A program made the position numbers and the translations under genes. This document shows, piece by piece, positions 23,965-35,850 of a stretch of DNA of 64,000 nucleotides. The notes beneath the pieces were generated by a model, which did no database searches, was not told the origin of the DNA, and saw only the letters and a list, made by a program, of their open reading frames with translations. The DNA lies in the NCBI GenBank assembly GCA_043228905.1, contig JBHGNT010000006.1, positions 12,896,001 through 12,960,000 of the forward strand. Direction: 5' to 3'. The stretch's first letter is position 1; each line of letters begins with the position of its first letter. Source of the stretch: Azolla caroliniana. Its lineage: Eukaryota; Plantae; Polypodiophyta.

Positions 23965-25622
23965 TGTTGAGATACAAGCTCAACATTGGCCGGATCGGCT
24001 TTGCAAGCCGAGAACCAGATCGGTGCGTAAACCGGTGCGTAAATTGGTGCGCAAACCGGTGCGCAACAAGAGGCTGGATCAGTGCAGAAACCGTGAGGGA
24101 ATATATTTGGGAGTTAGTGTAGGAGCTCAGTTATGAGCATTGAAGTACGTGTCAATACTTTTGTCAATCCGTATGGACTTGTATAAAAGTGCTCTCTGAG
24201 CACATCCTATGTACAAAGTTTACACATTATTCGAATTTAGTTTTTTTAGTGTGTTTTTCCTTGTGTCTCTCCCGCGTACATTGTGTCTTAAGCTCTCCAT
24301 TAAACCTGTTTTTCTCTATTGGTATTCTATGTTTCATATAGCTTCCGCACATAACATTTCACATGGTATCAAAGCACGAGGGTTGAGAACCTCTGCAGCC
24401 GACTTCAGCTTGAAACAAAAAAAACTAATCTCGGTGAAGAACAGAAAGGAAAAAAAAAGGATAGATGTATGGCTAGTTCGCTTCCAACTGAGAAGCTCGA
24501 CAAAAGTAACTATGCATCTTGGTCGTACAAGATGCACCAGTACCTGCTCGAACAGGGATACTGGAGTTATGTCGATGGAGCGAATGATGCAACACCCGAA
24601 TTGACATACAGAGCTCACGTAAGCCACGATGTCATGTTCGATGAGTCTACGTCTTGGTATTTACCTCCGACTCCGGACCTCAGCTCCAATCCAAGTTCTA
24701 AAGATGAGGTCAGCGAGGCTGAGATGCCTCCTGATGAGCATGAAGTCGAAACTCTTGAAGAGAGTCCAATCTCATTTCGGCTAAGTGGACCGGGTTGACG
24801 AGTCAGATGAAGAGCCAGGGAGTAGTGGAGTCTTGGCCATGCATTCCCCGCACAAGAAGCCGAAGAGACGGCTTACGCGCAAAGAAAAGGGAAACAAGAA
24901 GATGCCAGAGTACGGCATGGATAGGGACGAGTCGGATCAACGCAAATCCGACTCCAAGAAGAGCGATGATGGGCCTTCAAGAGCGAAGTTCGTGTCAGCC
25001 AGAACAGCCTCAACATCGGCTAATCAGCAATTACGCCGATCTACCCGCTAGAAGAATCTTGTTATGTGGTTCGGATACAATGAGTACATGGTGCATCACT
25101 ATGCGTACATGACACATGTAGCAGAAGTGCGGGAGCCGGAGAGCTAAACAGAAGCGGCAAAGGACACGAATTCGCGTACCACCATGGAGGAAGAGATGAA
25201 CGCACTTGCGGAGAATGAAACCTGGGACCTGGTTGATGCCCCCAAGGGTGTAAAGCCGATTGGATGCAGGTGGGTGTACAAGGTCAAGTACAACACTGAC
25301 GGCTCGGTCAACCGATACAAGGCCCGGTTAGTAGCAAAAGGCTACGTGCAGCAACACGACATCGATTATGATGAAATGTTTGTGTCGATCGCAAAGATGA
25401 CGATCGTTTATGTTTTGCTTGCGGTAGCTGCGACGAAGGGGTGGCACTTACATCAGATGGATGTAAAGAATGTGTTCCTGCAAGGCGAGTTTGAGGAACA
25501 ACTGTATATGGTACAACCCCCCAGATTTCACTTCAGAACAAACACTTCGGTGGTATCCCGGTTGAAGAAATCCCTTTACAGACTAAAGCAAGCCCTGCAT
25601 ACCTGAACCACGAATATCACGC

Positions 25623-26649
25623 TGTCGTGAAGATTTTCGGCAATAGTGTGAAAATCCCATAAAATGTACAAAATCGAGTATGAATCACGTAATACAATAA
25701 TTGTGAAGATAACATTTTTAATATCTAAGTACAAAATGATGGAGGTTTCGAATGCACTTTATTACACAAGAAATGGACAACTAAATGTCAAGATATGAGG
25801 GTATAAAGTTTGTGAAAAGAAAAGAGAAAATTGTGAGATATCCCACATAGGCACGACAAATACGGCTCTCATCATATATAAGGTGGAGCAAAAGATATTA
25901 TCTTTGTGTCTATGTGTGGAGCATAGAGAGTTCAAGGTAACTTGAACTTAGAGTGGAGGTGGCTAGCTACTCGAAAAGGGTTTTGGCCAACCAAAACCGG
26001 ACCGGCGATGGAGCCGGTGATCCGACGGCATCCGACGGCAATCCGGCGGCGGCATGCGGCACCGGTATCCGCATCCGGCGGCGGCACCGGTATCCGGCGA
26101 CGACATTCGACGACGGTATCCGGCGAACCGGCGACTAGATAAAATAAATATATAAAAATATATACATATTTACATATACAAGGAGGGCAAGTATGGACTC
26201 AAACCTTGCACCTCCAAGTTAGGAGTCAAATGGCTTACCATTAAGCCATGGTATTTAGTTGAAATTATATTTCTATCATTGTACTTTTACATGTAAATTC
26301 TCATCCATGAGTGCTAAAATGAGTGACATGATTAGCATGCACCACATGTAATACTTAAGCGCCAAATGGCAAACATGCAATTTATGCATGTCTTGTACCC
26401 TCACATGCATCATATGCATGAGAGCATCTATAAAAGAGGGAAGGGGGAGGAGAAAAACACGGTTTTTTTTTATGAAAATTAAGAAGAAGAAATTCGTTAT
26501 CAAATCAATCGTGTAATCTCATCTTCTCTCTTTCCCAATCTATCTTAAGTACTTTCTCGCCAAAGCTTGTATCGACTCTAAATCCTTCTGGTCCAGAACC
26601 CCGGCGGTTCCGCCTCACGATCCGCGCGTAGTGACGGATCTTCACGACA
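25623..26649 (+). repeat. 5' LTR of element A (1027 bp)
   Basis: Direct repeat of 32447-33505, which has 32 bp more in its GC-rich repeat block. Confidence 0.95.
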
Positions 26650-26657
26650 TAATTAAG

Positions 26658-26675
26658 TGGTGAACCCGACGTGAA
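26658..26675 (+). promoter_or_regulatory. PBS complementary to tRNA-Trp
   Basis: TGGTGAACCCGACGTGAA is the reverse complement of the plant cytosolic tRNA-Trp 3' end (...TTCACGTCGGGTTCACCA, recalled from memory). Confidence 0.9.
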
Positions 26676-26716
26676 CGAGGCGGTAGGAAGGATCAAGTCG
26701 AGATTAATAGTTGGAG

Positions 26717-28889
26717 ATGGCGTCCTCAAGCAACCAAGCGGGAGAGCTCGAAAGGATGATGCTAATCGTCGAGCAAATGATGAGATCTCGGGACAACGAC
26801 GCGAGCGTGGAGAAGGCTGTTGATCGTGTCGTAGAGCTCGAGGGCCAATTCGATGGAAGGAACGTTACGAAGTTCCTTGATGCATATAAGAGGGAGATGA
26901 ATCAAAGGGACGTGTCCGAGGCACGTCAAATCGCAAGCTTCAAGAGAGTTGTCGCCAACAACATCCAAAGACGCATCATCGAGCTTCAAGAAGGAAAGAC
27001 AACATGGTCCGAGTTCGAGAAAACGATACTAGCGGAGTTCGTGACTGAAGACTCAACGAGGATGACTCGACATGCCCTGATGAAGTGGATAGAGAAGAAG
27101 AATAAGAAGATGAGCGTCTCGAGGGTGTACGACGAATTCGACCAGATGTTTAGTCGTCTTCCCAATACGGACCAAGTATTGCTTGAAGAGGACAAGACTT
27201 TGTACTTCTTGAAGGCCGTGGACATAAAGGATAGACGGGAGTTGGGGACTCTTCTCGAAGATGATACCCAAGAAAATGGGCTCGTAGCGGACTGGATCGC
27301 GGTGAAGCGGGCATGCAATAGGCTCGACAAGCATCGCCAATGGGTTGATGACACCGACTTGACGGGACCGACTACCACGGAGAAAGCAAGACCGCCGAAA
27401 GTAGCTGAGCCGCTGAGACAAAGTAACGTGGAAGAAAAGAAGATTGATGACGACATCATCGAAGAGCTAGCGAAGAAGTTCGAGAAGGTCACTCTAGCCA
27501 ACATGAATCGTCGGGGCCCTAAAGGAAAAGAACCCTTTAGATGCGTGTGGTGCGATAGCATGGACCACATGAGAAGGGATTGTGCGAGCCTTTGAGAGGC
27601 GATTCCACATGATCTGCTCAAGCGAGACTAGAAGACCCCTACGGGTGAATTTCGGAAGAGGAGGAATGAAGAGATCTATGGAGGATGCCGATGCGACTCA
27701 TGTGGATGCGATGCACTATGCTGCGTCGGCCGGAATAAGAGTCGGGAAAGACAAGACTGAAGCTGCTAGAGCGGGAGCAAAGTTTTGGACTTCCGTTCTC
27801 GAATATGAGAAGAAGGGAAAAATCACATCGAACGAGGTAGAGCTTGCGGACCGAAGCGTGCAAAGCATAATCGGGTGGTCAGATCCGGTGGATGACAACA
27901 CCATACTCGCAGAGGTGATGTGCGACAACCACGAGGTGTTCGTCGAAGAAAAGAGAAAGAGAATAGAAGAGCAAGGGCCATCAAAAAGACATGAAACAAG
28001 GAATGCGAAAAAGAAGGACAATGCGGAGACGAGTCGACCTTTACAAACGGAGGAATGAGAATCAAGCCGAAAAGGGGAGCCGAGCGTACGAGTTGAAGAA
28101 ACGGTTCGGCCCGTGAAGGTTGGTGTCGAAGACCCCGCTCGGAGGACAAGGACCATACCTACCTATAAGCTAAGGTCGGACATAGAGCAGACGACGGACC
28201 TAAAGAAGATTCTCGAAGAACAAGTTCTTGATAGCCACGTAACTTTGTCCTTGAGGGAATTGCTTGGCATTACGAAGAAGGAGTTCCATGACACGATCGT
28301 GGACCTTGTAAAGAGAAAGAGACAACAATCGGACGAGGAAGAAGAGAAGCCGCAAAAAGCAAAAACGAATGCCATAACGATGGCAAGAGACGAAATCGAT
28401 GAAGATATGATGGACAGCCACTACACTCGACCTCATTGGGCACGAGCGACAACGGAGACGCCGGTGAAGATCGGGGAGAAGAAAGAGACCGTGGTAGCCT
28501 TGATCGACCACGGCTCGGAGATCAACCTCATGTCAACCGACTTCTACAAAAAGGGAAGATGGCCAATCAATACAAACCACGGATGGAAGATTCGCGCAGC
28601 AACAAAGTCTACGGAGGACTTGTACGGAGCTTGTCCCAATGTCAAAGTCACGATCGGGGATGTGGAGAAGGATCAACACTTCTTCGTACAAGAATCGGCG
28701 TTGCATCCTGTCATCCTAGGGCAACCTTATATCACATCATCTCGGATGGAGACCAAAGTGTTCGATAATGGAGCAGCCTTCGCACGAATAAAGAGTCTTG
28801 ACAACCAAAGATCGGTCCAATTCCTAACAGTGCGAGCCAATCATGAAAGGAATCGAGATAGTCTCGGAGGTGAATCCTCGGATTTTTAG
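26717..28889 (+). pseudogene. gag: gag-protease of element A, broken into three ORFs
   Basis: ORFs 26711..27595 (CVWCDSMDHMRRDC knuckle), 27582..28058 and 28113..28889 (ALIDHGSEINLM protease); collinear with the intact ORF 36598..38658. Confidence 0.9.
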
Positions 28890-31800
28890 AGCGGACTATT
28901 GAAGCATGGGACACAAATAGTCCGAGCAATCACAAGACCCCACAAGAAAGAAGAGCGCGTGGATTGCAAGGAGAAGCAACATGTGTCACACCTAGTGGCG
29001 CATGTAAACTAGTACTACCCGACAAGAAGCACAAGCGCCGGATACAAGAATTCGAGAAGATGCTGAAAGAAGAGAACATAATAGAAGAAGGAGAGTTCGT
29101 GACTCATATTATGGAAGAAGCCTCATTTAACGACACCATCGGCGAAATCGAGGACGTCGTGGACTTGAGCTATCTTCACAACCAACGTGTGATTTCGGTT
29201 AACTCCGTCAACATGTACGCTATCATCGATGAATACCGTCGTGGCATCTCGATGAATGAAGCTGACATCAACACGAAATATAAAACAGTGGATAAGAAGA
29301 TCAGGCCAGTTGCGGTTCCGCTACCGGAAGATAGCTGGCAAAAGATGAAGGAAGTCGCTAACGATCCAAGCTTAAGAGATCCGAAGAAGATAGGTCATGA
29401 CTTCACCAAAGAGACGAAGGGGAAGCTACGCGTTGGAAAGGAGGATTTCCTTCTCCCTCAAGAGGAGCGAATGTTTCGCGATATGCTTGAGAGACATGGG
29501 AAGGCTTTCGCATTCTTCCCACGAGAAATCGGATGCGCCGACCCAAAGGTTATAGAGCCAATGGTGATCTTCACGGTGCCTCATGTGCCTTGGAATTTGA
29601 AACCGATACCGGTTCCGAGAGCACACCTTCCGAAGCTGATCGAGCTCTTAAAGGAGAAGGTGAGTATGGGAATTCTAGAACCGTCGAATGCTCCTTATTC
29701 CAATAGGTGGTTCACGGTGCCGAAGAAGAATGGATCATTGCGATTCATCCAAGATCTTCAACCCGTCAACAAGGTGACAATTCGAAATGTTGGAATCGGT
29801 CCGAGCGTGGACGAATTTGCCGAAGCGTTTGCGGGCCGGTCCATCTACTCCATTGGCGATCTCTACTCCGGATATGACCAATTCCAGTTGGTGATCGACA
29901 GTCGGGACATTACAACCATGAGTACTCCGATCGGGCTTGTGCGGATGTGTACCTTACCCCAAGGCGCAACGAACTCGGTGGCTCATATGGTGAATGCCAT
30001 GAATAAAGTCTTGAAGGATTGCATTCCGGACATCACGATGCCATTCTTGGATGATATTTCGATAAAAGGATGTTCGGATGAGGAGGAAGATGAATCGAAA
30101 GATAAGGAAGGTTGTAGAAAGTTCGTTGCGGATCATATGAAAGATTGCGAGAAGGTGCTTCAAAGGCTCGAAGATGCGAATTTGACATTTTCGGGAGAAA
30201 AATCCGCATTCGGGCAACCGGAGATCTTGGTGGTAGGTCACTTGTGTGGAGCATACGGCCGGAAGCCCTCGCCATCCAAAGTGAACGCAATCCAAGACAT
30301 GAAAGAAGAATGCGAAAACCAAACGGAGGTTCGAAGGTTCCTTGGAGCGTGCGCGTTTTATCATATATGGATTCCTCACTACGCTCATGTCGCTGAACCA
30401 TTATATGGACTACTAAAGAAAAGAATAAAGTTCGAATGGCGAGACGAGCACATAGAGGCGATGCGAAGATTAAAGAAACTGCTTCTTGAAGCTCCGGCAC
30501 TAAGGAAGGCCGACTATGCCGAAGGGAAACCAATTTACGTGACCGTAGATACGAGCCCAACCAGAATCGGGTGGGTCATCAATCAAGAAGGTGAAGATAA
30601 TGCGCGATATGCCGTCCGGTTCGGAGCAAAGGTTCTTAGCGAACGGCAACAAAGATATGCCCAAGTCAAGCGGGAACTTGGGGGTATTGTGTCGGCAGTG
30701 AAGACGGACAAAGATTACCTGATAGGGTCAGAAGTGATAATAGAGACAGATTGTCTCCCAATTCTCGGAATGGTCTCGGGATGCACGACCCCAGATCTTG
30801 CTATGCTAAGGTGGATCGCCTACATCAAGTCTTTAAACCCAAAGATCCGTCACATCGCAGGGAAGAAGAACGCCATGGCTGACATGCTGTCGAGGGCAAG
30901 ATTTTCAAATGGAAGTAACATGGTTTCGGAAGATGAAGATGTCGCCCTCGACTTCTTCAAGATGGCTCGATTGTCGGCGGAAGACCAGGACACACAAACC
31001 CTCCACACCTTCAACGAGAACGAGTACGAAGGAGAGTGGTTACTCATCGGTAGATTCCTAAGAACATTGACGACCGATGCTTCGTTGACAAAGGAGGAGG
31101 CCCTACGAATCCGGAAGAAAGCTTATCGATACTTCTTGAAGGGAGGATTCCTTTGGCGACATCCAAAAAGAAGGACAGGAATACCACGTCGAGTGGTGGT
31201 AAAGAAAGAAGAGCAAGAGACGCTGATGACCGAATTCCACGAGAGTGCTTGGGCAGGTCATAGAGGGACATGGGCGACGTTCGAAAAATTGAAGGAGAAG
31301 TACTGGTGGCCAAGCATGTACAAAGATGTACTCCATTTCGTGTCCACATGTGAAACTTGCCAAATATATTCAAATATACGTCATCGTGATGAGTTAAAGC
31401 CGACATACCCACTCACCATTCACTTCAAATGGATGGTGGATCTGGTCTCGATGCCAATGGGAGTGGGACAAATGAAGTACTTAGCGCTCGCAAGGGAAGA
31501 CTTGACAAATCAAGTGGAAGGACGAGCCTTGACAAATAAGACGACTTCAGCCGTTTGTAAATTTTTACTTGAAGATGTTGTTTGCCGATATGGATGTGTA
31601 GGGAAGATAGTGGCCGACCGAGGGGAGTTGGACGCACACGAAGCGACGGAGCTCTTCGGAAGACTAGGCGTGAAGCTCTCCCTCACGACTGCCTACAATC
31701 CGGAAGCAAATGGGAAGATTGAGCGAGGGCATGGACCTATCGTTAAAACCATCGTACAGGCATGCAACGGTCGAGTCGGGAATTGGCCACGACTATTACC

Positions 31801-32374
31801 CTATGCCTTGTGGGCCGATATAACGACATATAGCTCGGTGACAGGGTATATGCCGACGGAGCTTATGTATGGACAAAAGCCGATTATGCCCATCGAAAGG
31901 ACGATCGCCTCATGGGTAGCGATACCATGGGAGAACGAGATGAGCCGAGAAGAGTTATTAGCGGCGCGGATAAGGCAACTTGAAAGAAGACCTGAAGATT
32001 TAGAAAAAGCGCGAAAGATGATGAAGGCAGCCCGAGTAAAGAACAAAGTTCGGTTCGACAACACGCATCGACTTCGTCCCAAGAAGATTGAAGAAGGGGA
32101 TTGGGTTTTGGTTTACGACAGCACCCTTGACAATCAACATAGTACAACAAGGAAGTTCGCAAGAAGATGGTTTGGGCCGTATGTGGTGACAAGTGCCAAC
32201 GATAAGGCCACATACCACCTTGTGGAACTAGACGGATCAAGGTTGGCCGTACCCATTGCGGGAAAAAGAGTAAAGCTTTTCAAGAAAAGACAAGACAAGG
32301 ATCCTCACCTCGATTACCTCGACGATGAACATAATAGGCCGGATGAAAATGAAGACATGGAGGAATCTAATTGA
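28880..32374 (+). CDS. pol: Pol (RT-RH-IN) of element A, open, in the -1 frame relative to gag-PR
   Basis: 1136-aa ORF with RT FLDD, RH VDTS/TDC, IN HHCC, DDE core and WFGPY. Frame is open back to the slippery site. Confidence 0.93.
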   Translation, partial: GFLERTIEAWDTNSPSNHKTPQERRARGLQGEATCVTPSGACKLVLPDKKHKRRIQEFEKMLKEENIIEEGEFVTHIMEEASFNDTIGEIEDVVDLSYLHNQRVISVNSVNMYAIIDEYRRGISMNEADINTKYKTVDKKIRPVAVPLPEDSWQKMKEVANDPSLRDPKKIGHDFTKETKGKLRVGKEDFLLPQEERMFRDMLERHGKAFAFFPREIGCADPKVIEPMVIFTVPHVPWNLKPIPVPRAHLPKLIELLKEKVSMGILEPSNAPYSNRWFTVPKKNGSLRFIQDLQPVNKVTIRNVGIGPSVDEFAEAFAGRSIYSIGDLYSGYDQFQLVIDSRDITTMSTPIGLVRMCTLPQGATNSVAHMVNAMNKVLKDCIPDITMPFLDDISIKGCSDEEEDESKDKEGCRKFVADHMKDCEKVLQRLEDANLTFSGEKSAFGQPEILVVGHLCGAYGRKPSPSKVNAIQDMKEECENQTEVRRFLGACAFYHIWIPHYAHVAEPLYGLLKKRIKFEWRDEHIEAMRRLKKLLLEAPALRKADYAEGKPIYVTVDTSPTRIGWVINQEGEDNARYAVRFGAKVLSERQQRYAQVKRELGGIVSAVKTDKDYLIGSEVIIETDCLPILGMVSGCTTPDLAMLRWIAYIKSLNPKIRHIAGKKNAMADMLSRARFSNGSNMVSEDEDVALDFFKMARLSAEDQDTQTLHTFNENEYEGEWLLIGRFLRTLTTDASLTKEEALRIRKKAYRYFLKGGFLWRHPKRRTGIPRRVVVKKEEQETLMTEFHESAWAGHRGTWATFEKLKEKYWWPSMYKDVLHFVSTCETCQIYSNIRHRDELKPTYPLTIHFKWMVDLVSMPMGVGQMKYLALAREDLTNQVEGRALTNKTTSAVCKFLLEDVVCRYGCVGKIVADRGELDAHEATELFGRLGVKLSLTTAYNPEANGKIERGHGPIVKTIVQACNGRVGNWPRLLPYALWADITTYSSVTGYMPTELMYGQKPIMPIERTIASWVAIPWENEMSREELLAARIRQLERRPEDLEKARKMMKAARVKNKVRFDNTHRLRPKKIEEGDWVLVYDSTLDNQHSTTRKFARRWFGPYVVTSANDKATYHLVELDGSRLAVPIAGKRVKLFKKRQDKDPHLDYLDDEHNRPDENEDMEESN

Positions 32375-32446
32375 TCATCGTAGCCGAAATCTCACTTCTT
32401 CTCTTCTTGGCACGTACCGGAGGACGTGCGGTTTGGTGGGGGTGGA

Positions 32447-33505
32447 TGTCGTGAAGATTTTCGGCAATAGTGTGAAAATCCCATAAAACGTACAAAATCG
32501 AGTATGAATCACGTAATACAATAATTGTGAAGATAACATTTTTAATATCTAAGTACAAAATGATGGAGGTTTCGAATGCACTTTATTACACGAGAAATGG
32601 ACAACTAAATGTCAAGATATGAGGGTATAAAGTTTGTGAAAAGAAAAGAGAAAATTGTGAGATATCCCGCATAGGCACGACAAATACGGCTCTCATCATA
32701 TATAAGGTGGAGCAAAAGATATTATCTTTGTGTCTATGTGTGGAGCATAGAGAGTTCAAGGTAACTTGAACTTAGAGTGGAGGTGGCTAGCTACTCGAAA
32801 AGGGTTTTGGCCAACCAAAACCGGACCGGCGATGGAGCCGGTAATCCGACGGCATCCGACGGCAATCCGGCGGCGGCATGCGGCACCGGTATCCGGCGTC
32901 GGCGTCGGTATCCGGCATCGGTATCCGCATCCGGCGGCGGCACCGGTATCCGGCGACGACATCCGGCGACGGTATCCGGCGAACCGGCGACTAGATAAAA
33001 TAAATATATAAAAATATATACATATTTACATATACAAGGAGGGCAAGTATGGATTCAAACCTTGCACCTCCAAGTTAGGAGTCAAATGGCTTACCATTAA
33101 GCCATGGTATTTAGTTGAAATTATATTTCTATCATTGTACTTTTACATGTAAATTCTCATCCATGAGTGCTAAAATGAGTGACATGGTTAGCATGCACCA
33201 CATGTAATACTTAAGCGCCAAATGGAAAACATGCAATTTATGCATGTCTTGTACCCTCACATGCATCATATGCATGAGAGCATCTATAAAAGAGGGAAGG
33301 GGGAGGAGAAAAACACGGTTTTTTTTTATGAAAATTAAGAAGAAGAAATTTGTTATCAAATCAATCGTGTAATCTCATCTTCTCTCTTTCCCAATCTATC
33401 TTAAGTACTTTCTCGCCAAAGCTTGTATCGACTCTAAATCCTTCTGGTCCAGAACCCCGGCGGTTCCGCCTCACGATCCGCGCGTAGTGACGGATCTTCA
33501 CGACA
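32447..33505 (+). repeat. 3' LTR of element A (1059 bp)
   Basis: Matches the 5' LTR with few SNPs. Confidence 0.95.
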
Positions 33506-35850
33506 ACGCAACGATTGTGTCGGATGGGATTTGCAACGTCCAAATCGGACTCTTCATTGTTCGTCTGGCAAGGTCGACTTGGGCCGGTTAGTATTTTACT
33601 TTATGTTGATGACTTGGTCATCACCGGCATCGACCTAGGTGAAATTGACCGCGTAAAGCTCCAGCTTGCGGCATCATTTGATATGAAGTACCTGGGGGAC
33701 CTTCATTGCTTTCTCGGAATCAAAGTGATCCGAGCCCCTGAATGCATACTATTCAACCAACGTCATTACGTGCTGAGTATGCTCTTCAAGTTCGGGATGG
33801 CAGATTGTAAGTTCGTCTCAACTCCTCTGGACAGAACTGTGAAGCTTCGCCCTGACTCCGAAAAGGTTCCGACAGATTGTCGGAGGCCTCATATACTTGA
33901 CTATCACCCAGCCAAACCTCAGTTACCCGGTCGGCTTGATTAGTGAGTTCATGGTGCGGCCAACCGAGGAGCACCTTCAGTGCACGCAACACATACTCAG
34001 GTACATCAATGGCACTGAGGACCTGGGGCTACTATATCGAACCAGTACTTCCGCGCAGCTAGTTGGCTATATAGATGCCGACTGGGCCGGAATTGCAGAT
34101 GATTGTCGATCCACATACGGAGTCGTGTTCTCCCTTGGGAGCGCCGCGATCACGTGGAGTAGCAAGAAGCAACCGATAGTTGCATTGTGGACCACAAAGG
34201 CCAAGTATCGAAGAGTAGTTGTCGCAACGTGCGAAGCCATATGGCTGAAGCGGCTTCTTAAGGATCTACAGGTGGAGGTGTCCGGTCCGATGACGATCTA
34301 CTGTGACAACCTCAGTAGCATCAAACTTGCGAAGAACCCCGTCTTCCACGCCTGGACTAAGCACATTCGGGTGGAAGCCGAAACGGGACGAAAGATCAAG
34401 TGCCTGCGGTCGGATGGCGGAAAAGAGTACTTTTTCGGTCAATTCAACGGTTACCTACAATAAATGGGAATTCGCCGCGAATTCAATTGTAGATACACGC
34501 CAGAGCAGAACGGCGTGGCCGAGAGAAAGAATCGGTCAGTTGTGGAAGCGGCAAGGGCAATGCTGGAGGAGAAGAGCTTGCCCAAGTACTACTGGGCCGA
34601 GGCGGTAAGGACCGCGGTATACATCCAAAATCGGATCGGAGACAAAGTGTCTGCGCACGAGTTATATTTCGGAACGAAGCCGAACATGCGACACTTGAGG
34701 GTGTTCGGTAGCATTGCGTATGTGCATGTACCGAAGGAGAAAAGGAGGAAGCTGGACGCAAAGGCCGAGAAGTGCATCTTGGTCGGTTACTCGGACGAGC
34801 AAAAGGGTTATAAATGCTATAACCCTCGCACCAAACAAGCGCGTGTCAGCCACGACGTTGTGTTTGACGAGTCCGCGTCCTGGTACCTACCCCCGACTCG
34901 GAACCCCGACTCCAATCCGATCTCTGACGATGAGGTCAGCGACGCCGAGATGCCTCCGGATGAGCCCGAAATCGAGACCCGCGAAGAGAGTCCGATTTCA
35001 CTCCGGTTAAGTGGACCGATTCGACGACTAAGTCGGTACGACCAGTCCGATGAAGAGCCGGCGAGTAGTGGAGACTCGGCCGTGCATTCCCCGCGCAGGA
35101 AGCCGAGGAGACGGCTTACGCGCAAAGAGAAAGGGAAGAAGAAGGTGTCGGATTCCAGCACGGAAAGGAACGAGTCAGACCGACACGAGTCCGACTCCGA
35201 GGGAACCGGTGATGGGTCTTTAAAGGTGAAGACCGCATCGACCAAGAAGGCCTAGACATCGGCTAATGTGATATTATGCCGATCTACCCGCCAAAAGAAC
35301 CAAGTTGTGCGGTTCGGATACAACGAGTACATGGTGCATCATTATGCGTACGTGACCCGTGTAGCGGAAGTGCGTGAGCCGGAGAGCTACGCAGAAGCGG
35401 CTAAAGACGCGAATTGGCGTGCCGCGATGGAGGAAGAGATGCACGCATTGGCGGAGAACGAGACTTGGAACCTGGTTGACACACCGAAGGGTGTGAAGCC
35501 GATCAGATGTAGGTGGGTGTACAAAGTCAACTACAACACCGATGGCTCGGTCAACCGGTACAAGGCTCGACTAGTGGCAAAGGGCTACGCGCAGAAGCAC
35601 GGCATCGACTACAATGAGACATTTGCGCCGGTCGCAAAAATGACGACCGTGTTTTCCTTGCAGTAGCCGCGGCCAAGGGGTGGCACTTACATCAAATGGA
35701 TGTAAAGAATGCGTTCCTACAAGGTGACCTTGAGGAACAAGTGTACATGGTACAGCCCCCCGGATTTCACTCCGGAACGAACTCCTCGGCAGTATGCCGA
35801 CTGAAGAGGTCCCTTTACGGACTGAAGCAAGCCCCGCGTGCCTGGAACGC

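Larger units (their letters stand above)
25623..33505 (+). mobile_element. Complete non-chromovirus Ty3/gypsy element A (tRNA-Trp primed; possibly Phygy-like)
   Basis: LTRs 25623-26649 and 32447-33505 with 12-bp terminal inverted repeats TGTCGTGAAGAT/ATCTTCACGACA; 4-bp TSD ACGC; PBS; PPT-like GGTGGGGGTGGA at 32435-32446. Confidence 0.96.
23965..34367 (+). mobile_element. Ty1/copia family C2 copy c, internally deleted, interrupted by gypsy A
   Basis: 5' LTR 23965-24361; PBS TGGTATCAAAGC at 24364-24375; Gag N-terminus fused to the IN end near 24605; RT split at 25622/33506; RH ends at TKHI. Confidence 0.85.
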
